Source: Macrostomum lignano
Lineage: Eukaryota
Length of the DNA: 64,000 bases
Direction of reading: 5' to 3'
Assembly (NCBI GenBank): GCA_002269645.1
Contig: NIVC01000975.1
Span: forward strand, 124,001 to 188,000
Positions 62,201 to 64,000 of this stretch are shown here, piece after piece. The position numbers and the translations under genes were made by a program. How positions within the stretch are numbered: position 1 is the first letter of the stretch; every line of letters begins with the position of its first letter. The notes beneath the pieces are model-generated. The model had not been told where the DNA came from, made no database searches, and worked only from the letters and a program-made list of their open reading frames with translations.

Positions 62201-63937
62201 CCCACCCCAATCAACGCCCAACCCAATCAACGCCCACCCCAATCAACGCCCAACCCAATCAACCATCACCCCAATCAACCCCCACCCCAATCAACCATCA
62301 CCCCAATCAACCCCCACCCCAATCAACCATCACCCCAATCAACCCCCACCCCAATCAACCATCACCCCAACCAACCCCCACCCCAATCAACCCCCACCCC
62401 AATCAACCCCCACCCCAATCAACCCCCACCCCAATCAACCATCACCCCAATCAACCCCCACCCCAATCAACCATCACCCCAACCAACCCCACCCAATCAA
62501 CCCCCACCCCAATCAACCCCCACCCAATCAACCCCCACTCAAATCAACGTCCCACTCAAATCAACGCCCAACCCAATCAACGCCCACCCCAATAAACGCC
62601 CAACCCAATCAACCATCACCCCAATCAACCCCCACCCCAATCAACCATCACCCCAATCAACCCCCACCCCAATCAACCATCACCCCAACCAACCCCCACC
62701 CCAATCAACACCCACCCCAATCAACCCCACCCCAACTCACTCTGCAGCGCTTTCTCCGCAGCTTCCTGCAATTTCCGCTGCGCCTCCTCTTCGCGTCGTT
62801 TCGCCTCGTCCTCCGCATATTCGGCCAGACTATCAACCAGGTAGATGACGCCTTCAGCCTCCAGCTCGTTGCCGTCGAGAAAAAGATCGCTGAATCATTG
62901 AGAAAGCTCATGTGATGCCATATTGAGGTGAGGGTTTGGTTGGGGTGTGGGTTTATTGGGATGGGGGTTGATTGGGGTGGGGTTGATTGGGGTGGGGGTT
63001 GATTGGGTGATGGTTGATTGGGGTGGGGTTGATTGTGGTGGGGGTTAATTGGGGTGGGGGTTGATTGGGGTGGGGGTTAATTGGGTTGGGGTTGATTGGG
63101 TTGGGGTTGATTGGGCGGGTGGATTCGGGTGGGTGTTGATGGGGGTGGGTGTTAACTGGGGTGGGGGTTGATTAGGGTGGGGGTTGATTGTGGTGGGGGT
63201 TGATTAAAGTCGGCGTTGATTGGGGTGGGGCGTTGATTTGAGTGGGACGTTGATTTGAGTGGGGGTTGATTGGGGTGGGGTTGATTGGGGTGGGGTTGAT
63301 TGGGGTGGGGGTTGGTTGGGGTGGGCGTTGATTGGGGTGGGGTTGATTGGGGTGGGGTTGATTGGGGTGGGGGTTGATTGGGGTGGGCGTTGATTGGGGT
63401 GGGGTTGATTGGGCGGGTGCATAGGGGGTGGATTGGAGTGTAGTCTAATCGTAGGTCCCTTATAGTAGGTTATTACGAGCGTATTAATAAGTCGCTTATT
63501 ATAGTATAACTCATAGTAGTATAGTGTAAATTGAACATCAACTATGAGAGGATGAGCTACGTGAAAATAGCAACTCACACGACAGCCGATTGGCAGAGCA
63601 GAGTGCCCAGGTACTTTCCGCTGAGATAGGTGAGATCGCAGTAGCACAGGCTGAGAGTTTTCAAGTACTTGTTGCCAATCAGCCCGCGGCAGAGCTCCTT
63701 GCAGCCATCGTCTGAAAACCTGCATGTCAGGGTTTTGAAACACAGCGGTGCTTTGCGTTCAGTTTTTCTGAGGTTCGAGCATAGCAAGACTCACTCGTTA
63801 AAGTCCAGCACGATCTCCGTGAGTGTTCTGCAGGCTCTTGTTGAGTCGCCGAATGATTTCAGCGAGTCCGGCTGCAGCAGGCAGTCCATCAGCTCCACCT
63901 TGGTCAGGGCGTAGAAGCCTTTGCCTATGAGGCTGGA
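59209..63937 (-). CDS. 3' part of an RNI-like leucine-rich-repeat protein with coiled coil and basic tail; exons 63795-63937, 63579-63719, 62741-62889, 62059-62139 (tentative), 61619-61747, 60920-61055, 59763-59869, 59209-59339
   Basis: Splice phases are consistent across all joins. LRRs: LTEIVLDFNEFSDDGCKELCRGL, LKTLSLCYCDL, DLFLDGNELEAEG, KLHLADNGID and LEELDLWGNDIGDVGG. The 5' end lies beyond the window. Confidence 0.8.
59360..59615. repeat. tgactctc/tgtc compound repeat, intronic
   Basis: Read directly from the sequence. Confidence 0.9.
60170..60870. repeat. ~17-19-bp minisatellite (aaattaggattccccct), intronic
   Basis: Read directly from the sequence. Confidence 0.93.
62160..63430. repeat. 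Inverted pair of ~16-bp minisatellite arrays (ccaatcaacccccacc at 62160-62735; its complement at 62940-63430) flanking exon 62741-62889
   Basis: A 46-bp variant block at 62524-62569 is the exact reverse complement of 63228-63273. Confidence 0.92.
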
Positions 63938-64000
63938 CTGCAGGTTGGGGGTGGGGAATCTCTGTGTGTCTGTCTGTGTGTCTGTCTGTGTGTCTGTCTG

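Noticed and set aside
57847-63743. Pro/His-rich and extensin-like ORFs (PHPSLPT, QSTPTPIN)
   Set aside because: Translations of G/C-rich tandem repeats that overlap introns of the minus-strand LRR gene or lie in intergenic DNA.

Overview
Animal (metazoan) genomic DNA with spliceosomal introns. The style (GC-rich exons, introns filled with minisatellites) resembles a Macrostomum-type flatworm, but that is inference only. The window has two halves. (1) 1-38 kb is an accessory region rich in mobile elements. It opens with a Polinton/Adintovirus-like endogenous virus segment (rve integrase, adenovirus pX-like gene, protein-primed PolB, parvovirus-type PLA2) folded into a 3.9-kb-arm palindrome at an AGATCT microhomology. 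Next come a composite TIR element with an RTE LINE tail and a 177-bp array, and a ~3.2-kb island almost devoid of CpG. Then follows an array of six paralogous C2H2 zinc-finger genes (2 intact, 4 disabled). They share an atypical N-terminal finger, and most sit tail-to-tail with the same decayed Ty3/Gypsy integrase fragment. An Ngaro-like tyrosine-recombinase retrotransposon interrupts this array; it has a SAP domain in gag and a candidate -1 ribosomal frameshift signal. (2) 38-64 kb holds ordinary host genes whose reading frames I could join through GT-AG introns by hand: a compact URB1, an STK33-like kinase, a secreted IL-17/Trunk-like cystine-knot protein, and the 3' part of an RNI-like LRR gene. 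Almost every intron is a different tandem repeat. One LRR exon is flanked by inverted copies of the same minisatellite. All assignments come from motif recognition by eye; no database searches were run.
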